45,560 bases of DNA from contig NIVC01002190.1 of NCBI GenBank assembly GCA_002269645.1, positions 149,327 to 194,886 of the forward strand, in the 5' to 3' direction. Position 1 is the stretch's first letter; each line of letters starts with the position of its first letter. Under the pieces are notes generated by a model. It was not told the origin of the DNA, searched no databases, and saw only the letters and a program-made list of their open reading frames with translations. Positions 22,023 to 33,657 of this stretch are shown piece after piece. Made by a program: the position numbers and the translations under genes. Origin of the DNA: Macrostomum lignano. Taxonomy: Eukaryota.

Positions 22023-23516
22023 CTAAGCTTTGGCATCGAGCTGCTTGGCTTCTCGTTCAGCGACCGTCCGCCTCAGGGCGCGAACAAACGCCGTCTCTTT
22101 GCGCACGTAGAAGTCGATCTTCAGCGCAGCGCTTCGTCTCTGATGAAGCTGCAGGCACTGCAGCAGGTTGACGTCCTTGTAGAAGAAGTGCGGCAGATTG
22201 CCTGAGCGCATGTGGTCGCGCACGCAGGACAGGATGTCGCTGGTGTAGTGCGCCAGGTTGGCCCGCTGCCAGCGGATGCCTACTAGATCAATCTCCGTCT
22301 CGGCCAGGTGGAACATCACGTGCTTCAACATGTCACGGCTGACGCATCGCAGCTCTGGCTGCTCGCGACAGAACTCTGTCAGGCCTCTCCACACACGCAG
22401 CCGGAGGCCTCGATCCGCTCGTGATAACGACTGCATCAGCAGAGCCTCCTCCATTGAATACTGCACTGTCCACAAGTCTTGGCCCAGCGAACCCTTGCTG
22501 CCAAAGGAGTAGGGCCGGGGCGTGAGGTACGCGTGCTCATCACTTGGATACCTGATGACTGGCATGAACCTCAGGTGCAGAACACGGGTAGTCACCTCCG
22601 GGACTTTGCCTCGCCTGCGTCTATTCGAAATGTACACCACGGTTGCCGGGATACCAGGCTCTAGAATGTCGGGCACGGCGTCATCCTCTGCAGCCTCATC
22701 TTCTTCCACATTCTCCTCCTCTTGAGGGTCTTCTTCAGCCTCAGGTACAGCGTCCTCCACATGAATGGCAAAGGAAACAGGATCCTGCTCATCGTCAGCA
22801 CCCGAGGCGTCTGACTTTCCTGGAGGCGGTGCCGCCAGTTGAGTGTCGAGATACCTGGACGTCACGGTCAGTGTGACATCAATTGAGCCGGCTTCCCTAT
22901 TTATCTCCACCTGCTGGACGGTGAGATCGCTTTCGTAACGCGCAGAAATTTGCTGCATGGCATTGTTCACCAACTTCCAAGTGGACTTCAGAGTGACAGA
23001 TGAAGACACGTAGCGCTTGGACGACTTCAGAAAGTCAAGCGGATCTTTTTCGAAAGTAGGCGGCTTCTGTCTGACTGCTGGGATTTTTATCCCAATTAGG
23101 CCCGGGCCGCCTTCCGGTTGGATTCGCAGCGTATTGCCCTGGGGCAGGCGGAGTGGCAGTAGGATTTCGAGGCGCTCGTCCTCACCCCAAACCAGATCCT
23201 CGGGGGTGGACGCCACCACAGGTGTCTCGTAATTGATTCTATAGTTATTAACGTGCAGCTTGTAGTACATCTCCTGACAGATGCGGTCGAGGTAACGTCG
23301 GGTCTCCTGGAAGCTGGCCTCCGCATCGGTGGAAACGAACGTCGGACATAACCGTTCCAGGGCTTCCGCTGCTGGCGATGGTTCCTCAATGATGGTCTTC
23401 TCACTGGTTAGGCCATTGAAGAGCACTCGGCCGGGGTCTCTGGCTGCGTCTCCAGAACTGCTAGCTGGGATCTGGTGACCGTACGACCGGTTTTTCGCGT
23501 TTGACTTTGTCTTCAT
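22023..23516 (-). CDS. Mab-21/cGAS-like nucleotidyltransferase-fold protein (MiD49/51-like, probably catalytically inactive), 497 aa, intronless
   Basis: C-terminal Mab-21 helical lobe (LWTVQYSMEE..L..LSRADRGLR...LKHVMFHL...W...L...GNLPHFF...VNLL) and N-terminal NTase-like segment (STPEDL...RLEILLPLRL); fully open 1494-nt ORF. Confidence 0.8.
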   Translation of the reverse strand: MKTKSNAKNRSYGHQIPASSSGDAARDPGRVLFNGLTSEKTIIEEPSPAAEALERLCPTFVSTDAEASFQETRRYLDRICQEMYYKLHVNNYRINYETPVVASTPEDLVWGEDERLEILLPLRLPQGNTLRIQPEGGPGLIGIKIPAVRQKPPTFEKDPLDFLKSSKRYVSSSVTLKSTWKLVNNAMQQISARYESDLTVQQVEINREAGSIDVTLTVTSRYLDTQLAAPPPGKSDASGADDEQDPVSFAIHVEDAVPEAEEDPQEEENVEEDEAAEDDAVPDILEPGIPATVVYISNRRRRGKVPEVTTRVLHLRFMPVIRYPSDEHAYLTPRPYSFGSKGSLGQDLWTVQYSMEEALLMQSLSRADRGLRLRVWRGLTEFCREQPELRCVSRDMLKHVMFHLAETEIDLVGIRWQRANLAHYTSDILSCVRDHMRSGNLPHFFYKDVNLLQCLQLHQRRSAALKIDFYVRKETAFVRALRRTVAEREAKQLDAKA

Positions 23517-26500
23517 GCCTCTTTTCGGCTGCCTTTCTGGGTAGAGTTTCTGATTCTCCCCCGTTTTGGCACCTCAACTCTCAGAGTAGACAGCAGGCCC
23601 CACTTCCAACCGCACGAACAAACGCAGTGTTGCCAAGGCAAAGTAGACGCGGTTGGGTTGGCAAGTTTTAATAAGAGCCGGTGAGAGAAATACTGGAGAA
23701 GAAGTTATTCTCAAGACTGGCCCTTGCATCAGGTGCACAAGGTAAGACTTCTAATTCAGTTTTAAAGCGCTTGCTGCTAGCCGGTCTTCTCTCCTCTGTC
23801 TTCCACAGTTGGCCAAGAACAATGAGGCGGTGTAGGAAGGAAAGCTCCAGCTGGGAGGCTGTAGCGGAGCAGATTAGTTTAGGGCCTGACAGAGCGCAGG
23901 GCATCAGAGTAGCTACAGTAGAGTGCACGGTTAGCGATGGCTAAGAAAGATTTTCGCTAATAAGGACTTAAGAGCGCGTTGAACCAGTGTAAGATAATCG
24001 AGCAAGTTTCTTCTCTGCAGGCTGTTGAGTACAGTTGAGCATTGCTCTTTTACCTGCTAATGATAGTGTCCGACGGCTGGTTGCAACGTGAGGGATTCAA
24101 TTGCCATAAAATGGTTGCGACTGGGGCGAGAGTTTGAACAAAATGGGGCGGATATGGGCCCAGTTTAAGGACTTGCCTCAGGACTGGCGTTAAAAGAGAG
24201 AATTTTCCTTCATCCTCCCCGGGGGGACAGAGTCTCAATTGTTTGCCTACCTTTTGGACTGCACTTTCCATCAGCCTAGATGCAGCAAGCAACTAACGGC
24301 TCCCATGCAGCATCATGGCCTATAAAAAAACTTCCCACGCTCTTTCAGTGGATTACGGAATTTCTTTTGCTAAACTAGGAATTGAAGTGGCATCGGAAAG
24401 GGAGAGAAGGCCCACGCTCTTATAGAAATCCATAAGTTAACTTTAAAAAATAAAATTGTAAAGTACAACACTCAAAAAGGGAATTAAAATTATGGTAGCA
24501 CAACAAATTATGGAGCTAAAAAGACAGTCTATAAAAGCAGGATGAGGCTCTTGCAGCAGGGCAGTACTAAATCTAAAAAATCTATAGAAGCTCTGTGGAT
24601 TATATAATCATCAGTTCAATATAATCATTCAATAATAATCAATCACGTACATTTGCGCATGTCTTGTGCCTAAAAAACATTAAAATAGCGCAGCTCGGCT
24701 CTTATGGTTTTATGAGTTTATTTTATCATTCTTAGCTGACTGTGTAACAATTAAATATGCGTAGCACAAATGATAAAATGGATTCATGAAACCAATGATT
24801 TGGAGCTGTGCGATGCATTTTTATTACTTTTAGGTACAGGAAATGTACTTAGAATAAAAAATTAACATAGAATCCTAATTTTCTGAACGAAAAGATTTAT
24901 GAACATCGATTGAGCAATAAGAAAGGCACAACATATCAAAATATGAACACTGGACTCTGCCTCCTATAAAAACAAGAACAATTTTTGCGCTGAAAAAATG
25001 AAAACTTCCTATCTCCGTAGTGCATTTTTTGAAAAAACCTGCCTACTACATTTTTTTAAGAAACGAGGTTTTGGCCCGTCCTAAGTCGTCCTTGGTATCT
25101 GGGTATCTGTATGGCCAAATGATTGTTTAGTCAGCCCAATCCGGCAATCTGGTTTTTTAAATCTTCTCACTCCTAACTGATTTTTTTGATAAAGAAAAAG
25201 AATGATAAAATGCATAGAAATATATATTTCTTAATTTAAATAATACCTAGTGCCTTAGTCTAAGGAACTGTGTTTTACTATTAAATTGCAGACTTTTGAA
25301 TTCACGAAACAACACATCGTAATGCATGCGGGTCGTTCGCAAATTCTAGGAGGAGCAAAAATTTTAACAATTTTCCGAACATTTACTATTGTTACTGCCA
25401 TATTGAAAATAATAGGACACTTTTATCTGTGAATAAAGATAATTTTTGGGTTAAACTTTATCATGCAAAAGTGTTTTTTAATCATCTGGCGGTATTAAGC
25501 GATAATTAGCGATGAAAAAATTCAAATTCAATCATTTCACCGATGTTAATTTTTGGTACTACAAGATGTCTGTAGCTAAAAAAAAGTTGTTGTTGTGTTG
25601 AAACCTTGCTATATTACATTTAAAATTAAAGCTTATATAAATTTAATTTAAGATTTTTTTAAAGCTCAATAAACTGCACTATAAATGATTTTATAGACGC
25701 TTAACTGTACGCCTAGCATTTCCGGTGGGATAGCCTCTTTGCGTCTCACAAAATGTATTTTTTCAGCTGACGTCTAGAATGTGCGCTTAAAATGATACAT
25801 TTTGATGCAGATAATTAGAAAAACATGTCTTTTTATCTTTTTGTAAAAAATTGTTATGAAATAGAGCACTATTGTTGATAAAAATAATTAAAAGCAACCA
25901 TGCATCGCAATAAACTCCTACTTTGAAGCACAAAATAAATATCCTGTAACCACACTAGCATTCTCCATGGAGCACCTTTTGAGCTGAAATTTTAAACAGA
26001 TATTCAGTAAAGTAAACTGAGCAAATGATTTTTTTTGTTTTTGAAAATACTTCAATTTGGCTATGTATCAGTTAGTACATTGGACATATTTATTATATTT
26101 TTATTAAAATCCTTGTAACCAAGCTACAGAGAAACATGTGCAAAACTGGACCTTGAAATTTGACCTGAATGATCAGCAAATGTGTATCTCGAAATGATTT
26201 TTTTTGTTTTCATCAAGTCATTCTATGCTAATTTTTTCTGAAGGTAAAGATACCATATATTTAGAGTCAATAGGGGAAGCATTTAGACTTATTCAATAGT
26301 CATTAAAATTGCAACTATATTATTATAATATAGTAATAATATTATACATGTATTATATAGTAATATTAACTTCTAAGATGCCCTTATAAATTTAAGTAAA
26401 GACAACAGGCCTTAATTAATTAATCAGCATTTTGAAGAAACTGACCTTATACAGATGGGCCCCAAGCTAAGAAATGAATGTAGAGCTTATTTCGTGTAAG

Positions 26501-29361
26501 GTATAAAAATCAATTTATTAAAATATTAAATACTTCTAATAAATTGGTTAAATTAGTTATTTACCTTGAATTAATTTAATTTTAATAATTAAATATATAA
26601 ATTTGTTTCACTTCTTACTGCATTTAAATAGAGTACCTCTCTACTATACTATAGAAGTATAGTAAAAGTACATGGTAAAAAAGTATAGTAAAAAATTTTC
26701 TTTGGTTTAATCCCAGCTTGCCTCAGTTTTTTAGTCTTAATACGAGCTAGATAGTAAGTGTTGATTAATTTGCTCCATCACCTTTTGCCACGGAAACAGC
26801 ACATGTCGGACATGCAACACTCTTCCTGATCCCTGGATTCAAGATGACTGCTTCTGCTTCTTCAATGCTTGAAAACTGAGCTCATGGAGCTTTAGGTTAT
26901 GCTGTCAGAGTGCTGCTGCCGGTGCTGTGTGTGTATGTGTGTGTCTTCTGCGGGTAGGTTCCATGTCCCTCAGTTTAGCCACTGTTGTGGGCTAACTGGA
27001 GGAATTGCCGTTGTCGGTGCTGCAGGTGGCACTGCATGGTAGTATTGACGCTGTCAGTGATGCTGGCAAAGGCTTGGACGAAGCTAGGTGCCGTCATTGT
27101 CAGAAGGACATGCGTGTGCTGCTTAGACCAGTGCGCACATTCGACTGGACTCGTATCTGGTGCAGTCTGGTGTATTCACTGAGATTGTGTGGATCTGCCT
27201 CCTCGCATCACCTCAACCAGGCTCAATTTCTTTTGTAGAATTTTCGTGCGCTGCTTAACTGCATCTTGTGCCTGCTGAGTGATGCCAAGAATTGTGCCAC
27301 ACAATAATTTGGCCCATAAACTACTCGTATATTATACATATGTATGCACAGCACACACACACGCAGTTCATTCATATTAAATGTACTAGTTAATGGAATT
27401 CTCATCTCATGAGCTCTAGTCTATGGACAAACCTGAAATTACTAGAATATCTAGATAGATCTAAACTTCTTTGAGCAGCGCGTTGCGCTGCGAGCAAAAT
27501 ACATGTAGATTCCTTAGCGCAACTAATTAATAGTGTAGTACAGTCTACAGCCTGAAGTAGCCTGTGTAAGATGCGGAGGGATGATTTTTGCATAGGAAGC
27601 CACTACGGTAAGGTTGATGGAACTATGGGGAGGTGAGAGATTCAAAGCGAGGGACGGAAGCCATGCATAGTTCGATCATAAGTTTGATTATTCCATGAGT
27701 CTGGGGATGCATTAACGAGAGGCGGACGAGAGCATAGAAATAAAGCGGGCTAAATATATTAATACACAAAATTACATGTACTAGCTAGTAATTTCAGAAT
27801 GGTCAGCGACTCCTCCGATTTGTATCCGCGACCGCGTGCCCACAAATCCCCCGGCAGACCCTGTCGCAGTTGGTGGTTGTGCACAGAATACAATGTTAAT
27901 TTTCGAGCTTCTCTGCAAAAAATGCGTGATGCACTCAAGATGCGTGCTATAGTCTACTTCTTTGATTGATGGCTGGGTTTTGCCTTTTCGCTTGTGATCA
28001 TCAAAAGCTTGGGCGTCATTGCTACTGGTGTTTCAGTGTGCGCATTATGTCTGGTTATCATATTATGTGCATGTGCAGTGTCTTTTACCTACATTTTTGT
28101 TTGTCTCTGTTTCCTGCATGCTCTTTCGCATTTTTACACCTCGCACACCCTCATTTTTCTCAATTAACAAGTGAAATCTTTTTTTAAAGACTAACTGCTA
28201 TTTTAGTTAAGCTAGTAGGTTTTTGGTAATTAAATAATTCAATTTTGTCTATTTTCCAAAAAGTTTCAAAAAATGAATTGATTAAATAAATTTGAATTAT
28301 TTTAAGTTAATTGGAGTAAAATGTCTAATAAGTAACTATAATTTTTTATTTTAAGTACATGCAGCTTTGGTATAAGTATTAATGTAATAAGTACTTAAAG
28401 TAAAATCAAGCAAGTTATAGTTTTCAGAAATTATGCTACAAATAATCAAATATATACTAGAATCCGAATTCCTTTATTAAGGAACATGCAGTTGATATTA
28501 AATCCACAATGTGCTTTTTGGTGTTCAAGGATAGTTCCCTGACTTTTTCTATTATTAGTTAGATTTTATTATATTTAATGTAAAAATGAACAATTCTATT
28601 CACCGTAAAAATGAACATTCTTTATTTGTCGAATCATCTTGACTTTGAAAAGATACATAGTGAAAACTTGATTTTTAATTCAACTTTTCAAGACTTATTT
28701 AGACTTCTTAATTCAGTGATTAGTTAAACTGATCGAAGTCCTTTCGAGTGCATGCTATAATAATTTCGCACTTTTTCGCACACGATAATTTTAAATGTCT
28801 GGGATTTAGAGCAGAGTAACAAAATGCTGTGCTCAAAAACATTTCCTTTGTCAATTTCTTGTTCTTTTATTTTTGCAAAAGAAATTTAACTGCATATTTA
28901 AAATAAAAATAGAAGAAAATCTCTTTAATATTTTTGTCGTTTATTTTCCGCAACAAAGAATAACAAATAGCCTTGATTTCTTCTCAATTTCAAGTTTTCT
29001 TGTGGTTTTAGTAGCAGCTTCTTACAGAAATTGTCGAAATAATTTTTTTTGTACGATTATTGGTCGATGTATAAACTTTTTTTGCAATAACAAAAAGTTG
29101 TGACCTAGCTTTGAGAACGACCCATGCACCATGTAAACTAGACTCTGCACGTTTCTTATCTAATTTTTGCTATTTTTAATTTTTTTATACTGTTTATATC
29201 TGAACTAGTTAATTATCCACTACTTTAAAAAATAACCATAGGCCCAGGCCTATTCGATTCACGAAATTAGAAAAATCTGTGACTTATGATTATAAATAAC
29301 TGAATATAGCCACTAGTTCCACTACTTGACTTAGCTATCTTATTATTGTTCTTTCTATTTG

Positions 29362-29563
29362 ATGTTTGTTGCTGGAAGAATTTATCAGGTATCTGTTTCA
29401 AGTATCCTGAGATTTAGTAAATTGATACACCTTGAATCTTCTGGCCATCATTGTCAATATAGAAACTTTCAAACAAGTTCTTTAAAAGGAGCCAAGATGA
29501 TTATCCAACACTTTAATGCATGGAGTGACAATTATGTATGTCATCCATGATGAAGATAGTAAG
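29362..29563 (+). CDS. HAGH: Glyoxalase II (hydroxyacylglutathione hydrolase), exon 1 with putative mitochondrial presequence; 2-nt frameshift at ~29534
   Basis: ATG 29362 is in frame with ATG 29497 (MIIQHFNAWSDNY). The shifted frame continues MYVIHDEDSK to the donor AAG|GTAAGG (29564), phase 0 with exon 2, restoring the DNYMY motif. Confidence 0.75.
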
Positions 29564-30139
29564 GTAAGGCAAAATAAATTCTCTATTTATATAAAATATA
29601 TTATCTATTCTCATTCAATTTTGGCTCTTCATTAAATACTATTTTATTCTTTATTTTAAACAATATTTACTAATTCTATATTGTAAAGATATAAATATAT
29701 TTAGACCTAAAAGATAAGACTAGGCCCTAGTATTAGGATTATTTATTTGTATATAACATATAAGTATAAGTCATTTCAATGACAAATTGTTTTAGTGATA
29801 GATATTTCAATAACAAATACTCATTTTGTTGCTTCAACAAGTTGCTTCTATGACAGATACATTTCACATTTGGTAAAAATGAAAGATTTGATAAGTTTGT
29901 TATTTTACAATAATAGAAAATATAGTATTCTTTCAGTTTACAATCATATTAAACAATGACAATCACCATTTAAAATAGTTATAAAACATAAAAACTGACA
30001 ATGGTTTCAAATGAAAAGAAATCACAAGTTAGCAAACTAACTTTGTTTATTTCAAAGGATGATAAGATTGTTGTAACGGCATACATGCGCAACTGCTGGC
30101 TGACCTGGCCGATCCAGCCACCGTAAATCGTGGCTGACT

Positions 30140-30845
30140 AGGGGTAAGTCGCAAAATTGAGTCAACCAAAAACAGAAAAACACAAGAATTAAGAAAGGCA
30201 AGAGGAAAGCGAAAGAAAGTGCAGTTCAGGGAAAATGGTGATGCAAAAGAAAAACAATTCGCAAAAGAAGCAAACTAAGTTATAAAAATAATCAGGTAAG
30301 TCGCAAAAAGGATCAGGTAAGTCGCAAAAGAAGCAAACTAAGTCACAAAAAGGATCAGGTAAGTCGCAAAAAGGATTAGGTAAGTCGCGAAAAGGATTAG
30401 GTAAGTCGCAAAAAGGATTAGGTAAGTTGCAAAAGGGTTAGGTAAGTTGCAAAAAGGATCAGGTAAGTCGCAACAAGAATCAGGTAAGTTGCAAAAGGAT
30501 CAGCTAAGTTGCAAAAGGATTAGGTAAGTTGCAAAAAGGATTAGGTAAGTCGCAAAAAGGATTAGGTAAGTCGCAAAAAGAATCAGGTAAGTCGCAAAAG
30601 GATCAGCTAAGTCGCAAAAGGATTAGGTAAGTCGCAAAAGGGTTAGGTAAGTCGCAAAAGGATTAGGTAAGTCGCAAAAGGGTTAGGTAAGTCACAAAAA
30701 GGATTAGGTAAGTCGCAAAAAGGATTAAGTAAGTCGCAAAAAGGATTAGGTAAGTTGCAAAAAGGATTAAGTAAGTTGCAAAAAGGATTAGGTAAGTCGC
30801 AAAAAGGATTAGGTAAGTCGCAAAAAGAAGCAACTAAGTCGCAAT
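30140..30845 (+). repeat. 20/21-bp minisatellite (AGGTAAGTCGCAAAAAGGATT)n carrying the 5' splice-site consensus
   Basis: About 21 copies of AGGTAAGT counted on the HAGH sense strand, plus one more at ~32299. Confidence 0.95.
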
Positions 30846-31002
30846 AAGAGGGAAGTAAGTCACAATCAGAGGCAATCAGGGGGTAGTAGGTGCAAGTGTG
30901 GCAGGAGAGCAAAAACAGAATAGAAGCCTTCAACAACAGACAAGATCTTTAAAATCAGAAGCCTGCATCAACAGTTTCCCATTGATTTCTTAAACTCTGG
31001 AG

Positions 31003-31035
31003 CAGGGGTTGGCAAACTCCGGCTCGCGAAGCCCC
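31003..31035 (+). mobile_element. hAT-like left terminus (CAGGGGTTGGCAAACTCCGGCTCGCG) nested in the 2.3-kb element
   Basis: Matches CAGGGGTNGGCAAAC-type hAT termini from recall; partner end not seen. Confidence 0.4.
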
Positions 31036-31099
31036 TCTATCTGGCCCTCACCCCTCGGGTTCTTTGAAACTTCCTAACCAGCAAGGTTGGTGTCTCTTC

Positions 31100-31790
31100 A
31101 ACTCTCATCTCTCTCTTCTTCTCTACCTTGCCTCCCCTCTTCTCTCTCTCCCCCTTTTCCCTCTTCTCTCTCCTCTCATTTTTACTCTCCTCTCTTCTCC
31201 CCCTTTCTCTCTACCCTTTCTCCTCAATGCCCTCTTCTCTCCTCTTATCTTCAGCAAAAATATGTGCATATTTTCTTACTTCAAAGTAGAGGGAATAGAA
31301 GATTAGAGATAAGCAAACAGAGGGAGGCGAGCGATGCGATGGGAGAAAAGATAGAAGAGGAGAGAAAAGCTGAGGGAGGAAAAAGAGATGAGAGAGAAGA
31401 GGAGATTAGAGGAAAGAGGAAAGAAAAGATGATGGATGAGATCAGAGGAGAGGAAAGAGGAAAGAGGAGAGAGTAGATGAGAGAAGAGAGGATAAAGAGG
31501 AGATGAGAGGAGAGTGAAGAGAGGAGAGATGAGAGAGTAGAAAAGAGAGATAAGATGAGAGAGTAGAGTGGAGAGAGACGAGAGGGAAGATAAGATGAGA
31601 GAGTAGAGTGGAATGGAGAGACGAGAGGAGAGATAAGAATGTAGAGAGAAGACAGAAGAGATAGGAGAGGAGAGGAAAGAGAGGAGAGAGGAGAGGAAAG
31701 AGAGGAGAGAGGAGAGGAAAGAGAGAAGGGATAAGGGATGAGAGAGAAAAGAAAAAGAGGATGAGAAGATTGAGGAATGGAGAGAATTTG
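31100..31790. repeat. Adjacent CT-rich (31100-31250) and GA-rich (31290-31790) low-complexity tracts
   Basis: Base composition; the SSLLSSPL and EERKAEGG ORFs are artefacts. Confidence 0.85.
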
Positions 31791-33657
31791 CAAAGGCCTC
31801 AAATCTTAGTTTAACATGCATTACTCCCATCTTTGCCTTTTTCCTAACTGTTAACAAGTTTTTGTTTAAGCATGACTTCAAATTTAGAATCTATGCAAAA
31901 ATAGTTCCGGGAATTAGAATTCAGTGGTTTAAAAATCTGTGGGTTTTCACAGCTTGGATCTCTACTGGATTCGTATTCTGCATCTGATGAGCCATCTGAA
32001 TCAGGGCTCTCATCTTCCATGCCAAATCGTCTAGCAAATCATTCTTGAGCTATAGGTCACACTGTATTCACTTCACTTACTTCTGGACATTCATGAATCA
32101 TAACTTTTGTAGTATGCTCACTACACTGTACTGACAATTTACTAATTGCTTCATGCTGCCACTAGATGACACTGATTAGCTGTTATAAAAATGCGGAATC
32201 TGCATGCAGCACTAACTAGCTGGTGAGGCATTTAGCTTTAAAAATATGGTCATGGTTACTCCTGCCGTTTACCTAAAGTTTTTGCTTGGCTCTTTTATAG
32301 GTAAGTCGCATTTTTTATCGAAAACTAAGTTGCACAGCCAGCGTAATTTCAGAAGTTGCGCATGTATGTGTAACGGTATCCACGCTTTTCGGTGTCTATG
32401 CTTTTCAGTGCCTGGCATTTCGGTGCCCCAGCTTGCTTTTCAGTGTCCAAATTATACATTGGAATTGGACACAAGAATATAGAAATTGAGCCCTTATAAG
32501 ATTAGATCTTATAGATTATGGTCCAATCGTTTCAGCTCATCAAATAATACAGACTTCATTTCCTAGGCAGTTTTATGAAACAAAACATGATTGTCGCGTG
32601 TAATTTAAAAAATCAATACTAACTAAAATACATGTAGACTTGTCACATTTCAAAATTTCGATCAAAACTACATGTAGCATTGTTAATGGATTTCAACTTT
32701 ACCTAACTAAGTCTTCATAGCACTGGCACGCTTGCTGAGTGCTGCCAGATTGTATTGTATATTACATGATTACGTACTGTACAGCAAATGCATGTGTGAT
32801 AGTGTGATTCGTAGAAGCATGTATCGTATTTCTTTATTTTCATATGCATACCGTAATACTACTGTATTCTTTCATTTATTTTAACAATATTCGTACGTAT
32901 TATTATCGCACTATTTTTACTGTTAATTGCTTTGTTTTTGTAGCCTCGTATGTATTTATTCTATTATTTGTATTTCATTTATATCGTTATTATTTCTCAT
33001 AAAGTAGTTCTACCTATGTACATATACTGACGCAATGTTATTCTTGCACGATATATATATTATTGATCAATTTGTACATGTACATTGCGCACAGCATGGG
33101 GGGTTGTTTGTCTTGGTTTTGGATTAAGGGTGTTGTTGTTATCTGTTACCTTTAAATATATGCTTACACTGCAGTCAGCAGCCGCTCTTGCCCTTCCCCT
33201 TGCTTCGTTTCTTGACCTAGGCTCGCTAACCCTTAGCTGTGACGCTGTCTGGCCTCCTTACACCAACTCTTCCGCTGTCTACCTTGGCATACCAATTAGT
33301 TAATTAACTGATCTAGCAATTTTAAGTAGCACTAGCAAAAGTCTAAGGGGTGAAGCGGCTTGCCGATCTGCTAACTAATTGTGAACTATCTAAATTAACT
33401 GCTACACAAATCCGTCTTATTTGCCTTATTCGTCACACATGCAATTAAATTGACTGGATTTTTCTAAATTTAAGAAGCGTGCCAGCTTAACAAAATGAAC
33501 ACTGCTTTTATTAGGAATATTGAACGTTTTGTAAAGTATTTATTATATTTGTTATAGGTATTCTTTTTTATTATCATCATTTCAGCGTCATAAATTGAGG
33601 CACTGAAAAGCAATCTGGGGCACCAAAATGCATGGAAACCATTGTAACCTATATTTC

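Larger units (their letters stand above)
30080..32368. mobile_element. 2289-bp non-autonomous TIR element (P- or hAT-type) with 8-bp TSD, in the HAGH intron
   Basis: Perfect 15-bp TIRs CATACATGCGCAACT (30080-30094) / AGTTGCGCATGTATG (32354-32368); TGTAACGG at 30072-30079 and 32369-32376; no transposase ORF. Confidence 0.85.

Noticed and set aside
24600-25950. Large inverted-repeat element in the AT-rich spacer
   Set aside because: Only short inverted words (e.g. TGCGATGCAT/ATGCATCGCA) could be matched; no defined ends or TSD.
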